From Eledone cirrhosa (lineage: Eukaryota): DNA of 64,000 nt. This document shows, piece by piece, positions 40,000-52,858 of this stretch; within the stretch, counting starts at the first letter, position 1, and each line of letters opens with the position of its first letter. Where the stretch lies: NCBI GenBank assembly GCA_964016885.1, contig OZ024740.1, forward strand, positions 191,828,001 through 191,892,000, given 5' to 3'. The notes under the pieces are model-generated. The model was not told the origin of the DNA, ran no database searches, and saw only the letters and a program-made list of their open reading frames with translations. Position numbers and translations under genes: made by a program.

Positions 40000-41935
40000 A
40001 TATGAACATTTTTATCCTGGTATTTGAATAGCCGAGTTTCTCAAGGTGTAATTCCATATATGGTAAAAGTGATTGTCACAAGGATTGGTCAAAAGTTTGT
40101 TGTTGAGACATAATAATTCTATCATGGCAATTTGTGGAGGGAAGGGGTAGCTGAACCTGCCAGTAGGAAGAAAAAGGGAGAGGGGGTGGAGGAGACCCAG
40201 TCATGCGTTGATAGTGCCGACTACAGCTGGGCATGAGGTCAAAGAAAATACTAGGGAGGGGGAGGGGGAGGAAGTAGAAACAATAAGTAAAACGATATAG
40301 GGTAAATGTATAGAAAAATACCGAGAGTATTAAAAAAAAAAAAAATTTCTGGTTACTACGACCTAAGGACAGCTATCAAGTCTTTCACTGGTACTGCTAG
40401 GCTAAAGAAAGGTTTACTAGGTGGGACGGAATTATAATGAGACCCTTTCAAGTGGTATAAGTAATAAACCGAGTATATCTTACGGTGACGGTTCAACAAG
40501 TGAGGGGCCAAAATACTAAAGAGACTACCACGAAATAATAAATAAAGGTTTCTACCCCAGGCACAAGGCCAGCAACCACCCAGTGCAAAATAATAAACTA
40601 ATACGGAATAATCATTCAGAATCCCGAAAAAGAATACTATTACTATCTCTAAGGGTGCCGCCAGGATACAAAAATTCTAGTGTAAACTACATAAATGCTC
40701 GTACGAAGTATATGTAAAATTTGATACGGAAAATTAATTTAGAATCCCCCCCCCCCCAAAAAAAAATACTGATATACAAGAAATTAAAGCAAATATACCA
40801 CTAAGAATTATAGAAAGCACGGAAAAGGGGCAGCGATCGGTGAGAAGGCAAGTATCCGGGGTCTAACACATCTGCTTTAAAAAGCGGAGTCGGCCAAATG
40901 TATCATAGAATAGGGTAAGGGGGTGGGGGTATTGAGTCTACAAAAGACCGAGGGGCTGCCTCGGATGGGCGAGGAAATGAAAAGGACGACGACAAAGAAA
41001 GAGGACAGGGGTGGAAGGACTAGGAAGGGACGGGGGGAAGAAGGAAATATAGAGGAAGCGGTAAAAAGATGTAAAAGAAGATCTTAAGTCTACCTTTGCA
41101 AGCGGGGGTTAGCCATTACAAAGTCGGCAAGTGGGGTGTTAAAGCCCTAGTCTACCCCCCACCCCGAGTCATTATGGGGTTTGAGGGCGAGGTAAGTCTT
41201 ATGCAATCTGTGTTTACATGCAGTAACCAGTTCATTTTTCTTGTTTAGGTGTTGGTCCGTCGAAAACAACATTTGTAAAGTTTCCTCCGAGCATAAATTG
41301 CACGGACGGCGTCCTCCCGTGTAAGAGTTGGCTCTGGACAATAAGCTCCAAGTGAGATCATAGGTAATGTTGTTATCCTTTAGGTCCCATATGTGGCCCG
41401 AAAGTGTAGTGGCGTGACGCCGGGCCGGGTTTCGGTAGGTATGTCTGTGTTGGTATAGCCAGGTCTTGAAGTCACATGCGGTTAATCCTATATAAGCTTT
41501 GTTGGAGGTGTCCGTTTTCACGTTGCACTGATAGATCACAATACGATCTCTGAATCTGTTGTCGAGGGGGCAAATGGATCCATCAGGACAGTTGCAACTC
41601 CTGGTCGGCTCTCCATTGGTATTTAGGTTATTTCTTCCATAGGGATTGAGTTTTTTGTTGTTAGTGGAGACGATGTTTTGTGCGAAGTTTGGTGTGGTGC
41701 AGTAAGAGAGTGTGATGGTATTTTTGTTAATTATGATGTGGTAGCGGTGTTGTAGTGGGAAGTGTTTTTCAATGAGCCTAAAGAAGATTTTCCCGATAGG
41801 AGTTGTCACCTCGGCGTTGTGGGGAGGATTGAACCATCAACAAACTTTTGACCAATCCTTGTGACAATCACTTTTACCATATATGGAATTACCTCTTGAG
41901 AAGCTCGGCTATTCAAATAACAGGATAAACATTTT
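40000..41935 (-). mobile_element. 5'-truncated Naiad-type PLE (GIY-YIG part, long 3' UTR) with an inverted LTR piece at its 5' end
   Basis: ORF 41147..41809: WFNPP upstream, CNCPDGSICPLD, VIYQC, AYIGLT..FKTWLYQH, TTLSGHIWDLKD, CNLCSEE, LNKKNEL..CKH. 41838-41935 is the reverse complement of 40005-40102. Confidence 0.9.
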
Positions 41936-41996
41936 CATTTAGACCAGAATTAGCCGTCGAAACGGCTTGAGCTCAGCCATCGGGGTCCTACTCGCT

Positions 41997-42078
<82 letters not shown>

Positions 42079-42099
42079 AATATAAATATATAGAGATAG

Positions 42100-42159
<60 letters not shown>

Positions 42160-42285
42160 TATATAGATATATAAGGAAGGATTCAGTATGAAATCGGTTA
42201 GAACACTACTCAACAGAGTACTCGATATTTGGGGTATTTGAGTAGGCAATCGAAGGCTATCTTGCCATTCAAACAAATTGTGGAA

Positions 42286-42325
<40 letters not shown>

Positions 42326-42852
42326 ATGTATGTTAATTGGGCGATACATATGTATATTAATCAATTGAAATATGTGTAAACCGGAAACTACCAAAGATGA
42401 AGGTTTAAATTAGGCGAAGGCATACACCTTGTAAGAAGTGAACAATGTTGATACGTTATAAGCGTGAGGGTTATTTGAAAAGTCACTGATAGGAATTACT
42501 ATATATAAGTATATATATACGTCAGGCGTATATATATATACGTTTGCAAATATATATAATATTTTGTGTCATGGTCTTCCGTCCCTATCTTGGGAAGTAA
42601 AATGCTTTCTTGCTTGAAATGCAAATGGCAGCTTGGCTATCAGGTTCACCACATTCATACGGAACTTGAGCCAATGATCTGATAAACGTATGTCATGATT
42701 GATGATAAATAAGAAGCGTTGAACATGAAATATCGACGTGTTGAATATATTATAATCACTCAGAAACAGCATAGTGCTCATAATGTTACCACATTCAGTA
42801 ATTAAAATAGTATCGAGCAACATATATTTCATCTATCTTACTATCTAGCAAT

Positions 42853-42887
<35 letters not shown>

Positions 42888-42891
42888 GTGT

Positions 42892-42930
<39 letters not shown>

Positions 42931-43787
42931 AATGTGTATGGGTGTGTGTGTGTGTGTGTGTGTGCCTGTGTGTGTCTATGGATTTTAGCAGATTAAAATC
43001 GTTTAAGTTATAAGTGTTCCTAAGGGATGTTTCCTATATATTAAGAAAGATATAGGTTTTCGTATGGGATTAAAATGATTATATTCATTGTTTGCGTTCA
43101 TTGATAAACAAATATCGAAAATAATATTAGTGTCTTGAAATATAATTTCTCTAAAAATGCAATAATATGGTGTACATGAAATATATTTGGTTTGTTTTAA
43201 TAGCTTTAATTTCATATGTTGCAAGCATAGCACACAGCATAATGTCTAGGCAATTTATTTTATTGATTTGCAATAAATACGCTGGTTCTTTCTACTTCAT
43301 TGCATTTCCTATCAAGAATAATTGGAACGGTCTTTAGAGTAAGAAAGTTGCAGCTGTGTAACAGTTTATGTTCTTCGTTTAGCAAAATAAAAATCAGAAA
43401 ACAAGACCCGAGTAAAATCGTTTTTCTAAGAAAACGTGGGAAACAAGCAGAATAAAACGAATATTTCCGAAATTACGCTTGATCGAATGCCAAGAATGGT
43501 GTTGCACTTTGCAAAAGTTTAAATTATTTGAGATAAACAGAAAAGGAGAAAACAAGTGATGCAATATATACAAAATTCCATTCAGATTGTTGTCATTGTA
43601 GCAATGTGCGCTTATTACAAATATAAATGTAAAAGTAACAAACAATTTGAACTGAGAATTTGATATCACTGTTGATGTCACTTTATCAAATCATGTTTAC
43701 AGTGTCTTAATTGATGGTAAGTAAAAGAGTTTTCATCACAAAATACGCATGCTTACACATAGACATACATATCCATATATTATCAGC

Positions 43788-43884
<97 letters not shown>

Positions 43885-43895
43885 GTATATACATA

Positions 43896-45354
43896 CTAGC
43901 ATTAAAGCCCGGCGTTGCTCGGGGTCATTAAGTTACCAAAGCTAGGTTGCACTACCCATTTTATGGCAGCACTTTTTTGTCTTCAGGCACTGAGTGAATG
44001 AATTGCAGACCTGGAAGCAGGAGCTGCGCCAGCAGTGACAATTGTAGTTTCGCCTATGGATATTATCTCTGTGCAAAAAGTGTTGACATTTATTGTTTCA
44101 CAGTACTTGCGCAACACGCGCGTAGACGATGCCAGCCGAACAACAGAGCTGCGATGGAGTTGTTCTGCATGGTTGTCTGTGTGTTTTCTAAATTTAAGAC
44201 AGTAGGGAGGGTTGTGATATGAGGGAGAGTTAGCTGTTGTTTCTAGCAGGTTTAGTGACCTCATAGAGGATATGTGTTTTCTAAATTTAAGACAGTAGGG
44301 AGTGGTGTGATATGGGGGACAGTTAGCTGCTGTTTCTAGCCGGTTTAGTGACCTCATAGAAAATATGTTTTATAAATTTAAGACAGTAGGGAGGGGTGTG
44401 ATATGGAGGAGAGTTACTTGCTGTTTCTAGCAGGTTTAGTAACCTCATAGAGGATATGTGTTTTCTAAATGTAAGACAGTAGAGAGTGGTGTGATATGGG
44501 GGAGAGTTAGCTGCTGTTTCTAGCAGGTTTAGTGACCTCATAGAAGATGTTTTATAAATTTAAGACAGTAGGGAGGGGTGTGGTATGGGGGAGAGTTAGC
44601 TGCTGTTTCTAGCAGGTTTAGTGACCTCATAGAGGATATTATTGTTTATCATTATCAATAAAAGGCAGATTGTTGTTGTTGTTGTGTGTGTGCACATGTT
44701 CCATGTTTATACATTTGCACAATTTCAAACCGATTCGACTCAAAGTCTGTAAGAATCCACGTTCGTTGAGAGGTTTTAAAAAAGATTTATCGCTTCTTGT
44801 TGAATAAATGTATCCGTTGCTTTTGAATAATTGTCGTTTCGTATGAAATGTAATAATTGAGCAATTAAAAGTTAGTGTGGTTATAAATCACGCACGTTGT
44901 TTAATTGCTTTACATGTTTTTTTATCATTTGAAGTGAGTGTGTCTTTGTATGCGTTTGTAAATAAATCAGTAAGTTTGAAGTATAAAAGAGAAAGTAGCA
45001 AAATGTGTGGGTTGTATATAGAGGGGAGCAGATGATATGAGAGAGTAAAAAGGACAGTATCACCATCAAGCTTGGAAAGAGAAAGTAGCAGGAAGTATGA
45101 AGTTGTATAGATTTTGAATGGTAGTGGATAGTGTTTAGCACTTTAAATGAAAGAGAAAAATCGTAAAATATTGAGTTTTATCTATTTTTTTCGTAATTGT
45201 GGGTGAAATTGAAAAAAAAATTAGATGTGCCAAGACGCAATCGAAGCTATTTCGAATACTGAATTGTAAATTTCAATTGAAGAAATTCTATATCGTAGAT
45301 TTCTATAACAAAAGAGCATGTCCATACACTGAGCTTTAGAGATTATGATATAGA
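43896..45354 (-). mobile_element. Non-autonomous Helitron
   Basis: Minus strand starts A|TC (TCTATATCATAATC at 45354) and ends with the hairpin CCCGAGCAACGCCGGG 8 nt before CTAG|T (43896). No TSD; inserted in AT-repeat context. Confidence 0.75.
44179..44638. repeat. Minisatellite, five copies of a ~91 bp unit, inside the Helitron
   Basis: Unit GTGTTTTCTAAATTTAAGACAGTAGGGAG...GTTAGCTGCTGTTTCTAGCAGGTTTAGTGACCTCATAGAGGATAT repeated five times. Confidence 0.95.
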
Positions 45355-45376
45355 TATATAGATATTTATATATTTA

Positions 45377-45460
<84 letters not shown>

Positions 45461-45552
45461 TATATACAAATATATATATATATATATATTAAATTATTAA
45501 AAAAATAATGACTAAACAAAGAAACAGTTCCTTATATTAAACAAAAAAAGTT

Positions 45553-45691
45553 CATTATTTTACGATCGTTTCTAGGACATATATGTGTTAGAATTGGTAT
45601 GCATATTCAAAAGATCTATGTACAAAATTATGCAAACTATCAAAGAGAATATACATACCTTCACATATATATGCTGTCTTCAGAAATAATG
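45553..45691 (-). ncRNA. Type I hammerhead ribozyme with very long stem II (~105 nt between core boxes)
   Basis: Minus strand: CATTATTT-CTGAAGA-CAGCATATATATGTG..GGTATGTATATTC...GAATATGCATACC..CACATATATGTCCTA-GAAA-C-GATC-G-TA-AAATAATG. Perfect 8 bp stem I, intact core, GUA site. Confidence 0.8.
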
Positions 45692-45938
45692 ATGCATATG
45701 TATTGATAATAACAACAATTCAAAATTACAGGTCTGTTTGGGAACAGATTTTAAATAGACCAATGAGATACATAAAAATTTATCAAGATAATACAGTTAG
45801 GTGTGTGTATATATGTATGTAAATCCGTTCACAGATGTGCATAGAAGTGTATGATCATATGTATACGTATGTCGAACAAGTGTATGTAAATATAAAAATT
45901 TAGGGCTAATGTATCTGTATGTCTACAATCTACAGACA

Positions 45939-45977
<39 letters not shown>

Positions 45978-46533
45978 CATATACATACATGTATACACAT
46001 ACATATATATATACATATACATACACATATACACATACATACACACACACATACATATATGTTATTATTATAAATATATGGATATTGAGGCGCTCACATA
46101 AACACGCCCACACACACTTACATTTAGATGCAGAAGTAAAGGAGGTAAGGGAGTAAGTAATTAAAGGAAAGTGTCAATCTCGACATATTTATAAAAATGT
46201 ATCCATAAAATTAGAAATAACATTTTTTTTTTATAGAAGGAAAAAACTCAAAAAAAGGGGGAACAAAAAAATAGGGGGGGGCGGGTTGGTACGTACGTAC
46301 ACAGACGCGAAGGTCTCACAAAAGAAATATAAAAAAAACATAAAAAAACACAAAAGAGAGACATAAAATATACACGCTTATATACATACGCACATTTACA
46401 CATCCATACGTTCGATACATACATACGTACACACACACACATACACATACTTAACCTCACGCATATTGACCTGTTTGTATGCATACACATAAAAATAAGT
46501 AAAACATATACCCATACATATAAATACACACCG

Positions 46534-46568
<35 letters not shown>

Positions 46569-46598
46569 TAAATATATATATATATATATATACACATA

Positions 46599-46646
<48 letters not shown>

Positions 46647-46836
46647 CATATATACATATACTCATATATACATACACACACATACCCATGTATATATACA
46701 CAACCACACACTCACACACACTCAGACATACATATATATAGAGACATACACACACATATATACTTATATATATATATATACATATATATACATATATTAC
46801 CATCAAATAATATATATATATATGAGCATATATATT

Positions 46837-46976
<140 letters not shown>

Positions 46977-47489
46977 TTAGTTAAGCAAAACAAGACCACA
47001 AATTTAACAAGGAATACATTATTACAAGATTGTCAATATATTTTAGTTTGATGTAAGGAATGTAGCGAATAATAAGAATAATATTAATAATAATAATGTC
47101 CGTTTACAATTGTTTCACTACTCCCTATATTATTTCTGGATCAGATGACTATATATATCTTTATTGATCTGGTTGAGTTGAAAATACTTAACATATTTAA
47201 AAGCAGAACGGCTCATCGGAACTTCAAAGTAATATAAATTAAAATAAGGAGAGAATTTTACATAATGTAATTATCCATATATTGGTATTTCACTATGGTG
47301 TCCTGGTTGTATATGCGCGACTAACTTTTGCATGAACCCAGCCACCTAGCTGCTTTCTACTGCATATTGCACATTGAGCACATGCCTTTACGCTTTGACT
47401 TCTAACTAATTCACCAACCTCTCCTATCTCCTCTCCTATCTCCATCTCTCACTTTAAGATTGGTTACTCTTGAACTGTATATATATATG

Positions 47490-49320
47490 CGTGGAAAAGT
47501 AAGAAATCGGAGAATAGACCGTTAAAACATGTTTATTTAAAACAGCACCTATGTACGTTTCGCCCAGTTGGGCTTCTCAAGGGCATAAATAACCAAAAGT
47601 GTTCCTTACATTGCTCAAGATTCATCGCTTGCAAAAATACTGTGTTTTAATTTTGCAGCAGGTCAAGGGAAGTAACTCTGGCAGGTGTTAGGCAGTCTTT
47701 CCCGGACAAAATTTTATCTGTTACAAGATGCGGTTACAACCTTACCATTGTCGATACGCAGAGGGTCATGTAACCAACGCCTATTTTGAGACGTTTGTTT
47801 TTCCGCAGCTGTTTGCCTGGGTCGTTTGAGGCTGGAGCTGGTATGCATGGTTAGATTCCTGAGTGTTATTTTGCAGCGCTTGCCTGCCAGCGTGTTAAAG
47901 CTTGTTGTAGAGATCCTTAACCCATCTGAAGAAGGTTATTTTTAAGCGATGTGTACAACTTATCGCTGTTTCAGCTCTGCTGTTGATGAGCTCGTGGTGT
48001 ACAGTTATGATCTGGTAGAGTTCCATTAGGCAAATATCGCACTTCCTCTTGAAGTTGTACGGTGCAGCCCTGCCGACAATATCCCAGTGTGTGGAGAAGC
48101 TGAAGTTAAGTCCTTTAATGATGTGATGTAGTCCGCGCGCGAAGTGGAGTGTCTTAATTTCATATTTGTGAAAGAGTGCAGATGTGTTCGAAACCTAATT
48201 TTGAACGGGCCGGAGGTAGCCCCTATATAATGTTTAACGCTATTGTGGCTAGTTACAGTGCATCTATATATAACCCTACCAGTCAAGCAGTATCCTCTAA
48301 GGGGACAGCGTCCCATGTCGCGGCAGTTGCAATTTATGTCGCGGTTCCTTCTAATTCCCACGGTAAGGCTATCTTGTTGCTATCTACGTTGTTATCTACG
48401 CTCACGCAGCTGTCGTTAGCACCATTACAACCCACAGCGCACGGGGTGGTACAATTATTATTTCGCACGTCATGCCCTGCATACTCCCCAGACATTTCGC
48501 GTTTATGCTGCTTGCCTCTGCGGAGGCCGTTGCCAGCACTATTGGATGCTGCTAGGAGGTTGTTAAGGCCGATATTGTTATTGTCAAGTGTAGGTGCGTC
48601 TGTGTTAAGGTGCTGTGTCTTGGTGATCTTACTGTAGTTCGTTGTCCCTATGATGTCTGCTAGCTTATGAGTAGTAGAGAAGGATATTTTTATATTGTTC
48701 CTATTAAGAATTGTTCTATACCTATGGTTGGGCGGGAAGTTCTTCTCTAACGCTTCGAAGAATATCCGGGGTATGTCGGAGGCCAGACTCCGAGAGTAGG
48801 GGGAGGGGGGAACCATTGGACGTTACGATGGCGATTACGTGTCCTTGTACGTTTGCTACGGATGGTTCCATCTAGGTGACCGTTCTTATGTATGTTAATG
48901 CGCTGTAGCCTGTTAGGTGCCCCTTTCAATTTATGCTCGAGTGCACCCTTCTTCCGTCTTCCATGTTTATGTACAGGAAGATGTTGGTCGGAGAGCGTTG
49001 GTAGTAGGGCGTCGCCTTTGTTGATTTTGTAGTAGGGGAATAGTTCGAGTAAGCAACAGTTGTCACTGTCACCGGAGTCGTGATCCTTAGGGCGATTATC
49101 TATTCTATTATATCCGACACCAACGAGGTCGCCGCGTGATCGGTTATAGGTATGGCTTACTATAACGTTCGTTTTATGAGTGTGTGTGTGGGAGGGGTTC
49201 TAGAGCTAGCGTTAGGGATGTTGGAAATTCCTCGCTTAAAGCCGGCGCTTATCACGGCCCTATTATAGTAATCTGCCGCTTGGTTGATGATATCCTCATT
49301 GGATAGTCACCTAGATGTAA
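47490..49320 (-). mobile_element. 5'-truncated Naiad-type PLE (thumb, long linkers, GIY-YIG, 3' LTR)
   Basis: SNEDIINQAADYYNRAVISAGF (~49300-49235), RNVQWFPPP, KNFPPNHRYRTILNRNNIKISFS, CNCRDMGRCPLRGYCL, VIYRC..HYIGATSGPFKIRF..H, CDICLME. Confidence 0.88.
47545..47584 (-). ncRNA. Minimal hammerhead (variant core) in the PLE 3' LTR
   Basis: GCCC-TTGAGAA-GCCCA-AC-TGGGC-GAAA-C-GTAC-A-TA-GGTGC; palindromic stem III loop. Confidence 0.6.
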
Positions 49321-49329
49321 TCTTATCTC

Positions 49330-50102
49330 TCTGCAGCGATGAAACTTTTTTCTTCATAATTTTATATACATATCATCTGTTTCAGGTCGCCCAGCAATGA
49401 GCAGAGAGCAACGAACAAACTTGAAAACTCCGTCAGAAGCACAGGGATTGCTGCAGCAAGTGTATGGAGATGAGACGATGTCACGCTCACGTGTTTTTGA
49501 GTGGGGCAAGAGGTTTAAAAAAGGACGCGAGGACATGGAAGATCACCCCAGGAGCAGAAGGACCTCAACAACCAGGACTGAGGTCAACGTTGAGCGCGTC
49601 AGGCAGAGGGTGCGTAGCGATCGTCGGCTGACTGTTCGACTGGTAGTAAATGAGCTGGGCATGAATCGGGACAGCGTCTGGAAGATTCTCACTGAAGATT
49701 TGGACATGCCGAAAGTTTTGCGCGAAGATGGTGCCACAACTGCTGAACGATGACCAGAAGGGTCGACGCATGCAAGTTGCCAGGATATCCTCGAGCGTCT
49801 TGAAACCGAACTAGACTTGCTAGAGACATTCATCACCGAGGCTGAGTCATGGATATTCGAGTACGATCCGGAGGGGACCCGTTTTGAAGACGTGGACGAC
49901 ATCAAAAAGGCCTTGACGACGGATCTGCGGAGGATCCGGGAAGAATCGTTCCATGAGTGCATGCAATCGTGGCAGAAAAGGATGGAAAGTGCATTAGACT
50001 CCAGGGGGATTACTTTGAATCAGAAAACCCTTAGTGTTAAGTTTGGGTTAGAAATAAATATTTTGTGACATCAGTCCTGGAACTTTTCTGACCCACCTCG
50101 TA
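49330..50102 (+). mobile_element. Mariner DNA transposon, internally deleted; only the right TIR is present
   Basis: HTH region QQVYGDETMSRSRVFEWGKRFKKGREDMEDHPRS..DRRLTVR, MVPQLL (WVPHEL-like), ITEAESWIFEYDPE fused to GTRFEDVDDIK. Right end ...GGAACTTTTCTGACCCACCTCG|TA. Confidence 0.92.
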
Positions 50103-50638
50103 TATATATATATATATATTGGGGGAGAGGTTGTATGTGTGGGTGTGTACATGAGCATGTGTATGAGTGCATATATATATATATATATCCATCCGCATAT
50201 AGGAAGTTATAGGTGGGTACGCTTATATGTAACATCATGAGTACACTCAACGGATTTGGATATATCAATGACAGAGGGTTCCATATGCAGACGGAGTTTC
50301 CTAGGGGACAAAGTCCTAATATTAAAAATGCATATTTTTAGATAACGATTGTTTTTTGTATATCTACACTGTGCGTAGGACCATGCTAACCTGTGTGAGA
50401 CTTAAGCATATTGAATTCTAAATCGGATTGTCAGGTGTGCACTCTCAGCTATGTTATGCATTATTAGGAATGCGAGTGTAAGCTTGTGTGCTGTGCTATA
50501 TTGCGAAACACTTCACTGTTTAGCTGTGCTTATATCGATAATAGTATTTCTGTTGAAGAAGCAGGTTACGATCAGTCACCGGCACTGCTTCAAATTGGGC
50601 AGTATGTTTAGACACGAATAGAACATTATTATTCATGT

Positions 50639-50734
<96 letters not shown>

Positions 50735-50784
50735 AGTATGTATGTATACGTACACACATATATGTATACAGACGTACAGTAGCA

Positions 50785-50874
<90 letters not shown>

Positions 50875-51032
50875 TACATACAGGTACACATACATATATG
50901 TACATATCAGTTTAGCGGACGCTTATTATAGCGCCCGCTTTGTTCGTTTGTAAACAAACTGAACAGCCTGAATTTATGCCGCACGGTGTTAAGGCAACCA
51001 CGTCACCTTTTTGTTCAACACTGACACAGGAA

Positions 51033-51073
51033 AGATGTACTAGTTTCAAGCTTGTTAGCTATCATCAGCACCG
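51033..51073 (-). ncRNA. Minimal type I hammerhead (array copy 1)
   Basis: CGGTG-CTGATGA-TAGCTAACAAGCTT-GAAA-CTAG-TA-CATCT. Confidence 0.82.
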
Positions 51074-51426
51074 TATACCCATCTGCCAGATAGTTGAACG
51101 TTCGAAAGTATATACTTTCCTTATGAAAATTAACGGCTGAGCAGCCTAATTTGAATATCGAGTGAGTTAAATCGGTCAGGCGCACCGAAAACGATGAGTT
51201 GTAATAAAATGAAATCGAAATTTCATTTCTCACTCTTAGTACGGCATTTACTTAAATGTAAGTATGTATGTATACGTACATACATATATGCATACAGACG
51301 TACAGTAGCATGCATATATATATATACATTCGGGCTGTTCAGTTTGTTTACAAACGAAAAAAGCGGGCGCTATAATAAGCGTCCGCTAAACTGATATGTA
51401 CATATATGTATGTGTACCTGTATGTA

Positions 51427-51457
<31 letters not shown>

Positions 51458-51521
51458 GCATGCTACTGTACATCTGTATACCCATCTGTACGTCCGTATA
51501 CACATCTGGCAGATGGGTATA

Positions 51522-51562
51522 CGGTGCTGATGATAGCTAACAAGCTTGAAACTAGTACATCG
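51522..51562 (+). ncRNA. Minimal type I hammerhead (array copy 2)
   Basis: CGGTG-CTGATGA-T-AGCT-AACA-AGCT-T-GAAA-CTAG-TA-CATCG; predicted GUA cleavage after 51557. Confidence 0.85.
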
Positions 51563-51720
51563 TTCCTGTGTCAGTGTTGAACAAAAAGGTGACGTGGTTG
51601 CCTTAACACCGTGCGGCATAAATTCAGGCTGTTCAGTTTGTTTACAAACGAACAAAGCGGGCGCTATAATAAGCGTCCGCTAAACTGATATGTACAGATA
51701 TGTATGTGTAGCTGTATGTA

Positions 51721-51876
<156 letters not shown>

Positions 51877-52112
51877 TGCTAATGTACGTCTGTATACATA
51901 TATGTATGTACGTGTACATATATACTTACATTTAAGTAAGTGCCGTACTAAGAGTGAGAAATGAAATTTCGTTTTCATTTTATTACAACTCATTGTTTTC
52001 GGTGCGCCTGACCGATTTAACTCATCGATATGCAAATTAGGCTGCTCAGCCGTTAATTTTCATAAGGAAAGTATATACTTTCGAACGTTCAACTATCTGG
52101 CAGATGGGTATA

Positions 52113-52153
52113 CGGTGCTGATGATAGCTAACAAGCTTGAAACTAGTACATCG
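52113..52153 (+). ncRNA. Minimal type I hammerhead (array copy 3)
   Basis: Identical to copy 2; predicted cleavage after 52148. Confidence 0.85.
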
Positions 52154-52329
52154 TTCCTGTGTCAGTGTTGAACAAAAAGGTGACGTGGTTACCTTAACAC
52201 CGTGCGGCATAAATTCAGGCTGTTCAGTTTGTTTACAAACGAACAAAGCGGGCGCTATAATAAGCGTCCGCTAAACTTATATGTACATATATGTATGTGT
52301 ACCTGTATGTATATATGTGTATATATATA

Positions 52330-52404
<75 letters not shown>

Positions 52405-52511
52405 TACTGTACGTCTGTATACATATATGTATGTACGTGTACATATATACTTACATTTAAGTAAGTGCCTTACTAAGAGTGAGAAATGAAATTTCGTTTT
52501 CATTTTATTAC

Positions 52512-52743
<232 letters not shown>

Positions 52744-52822
52744 TATCACCCACTCTACTAACCTAAGTACTGAGTACTTTGGTGCGTTTTGGTCCACCTG
52801 GTTCTTTACCACATTTCCTTCG

Positions 52823-52856
<34 letters not shown>

Positions 52857-52858
<2 letters not shown>

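Noticed and set aside
44179-44638. Regular repeats as a CRISPR-like array (also the SINE cluster at 19270-19880)
   Set aside because: There are no unique spacers and no cas genes, and the context is eukaryotic. They are a minisatellite and SINE copies.
50940-51140. Repeated 66 aa [19 protein letters not shown]... (three copies)
   Set aside because: It is antisense to the hammerhead strand, starts at a non-ATG codon and has no recognisable domain. It recurs only because the unit is repeated.
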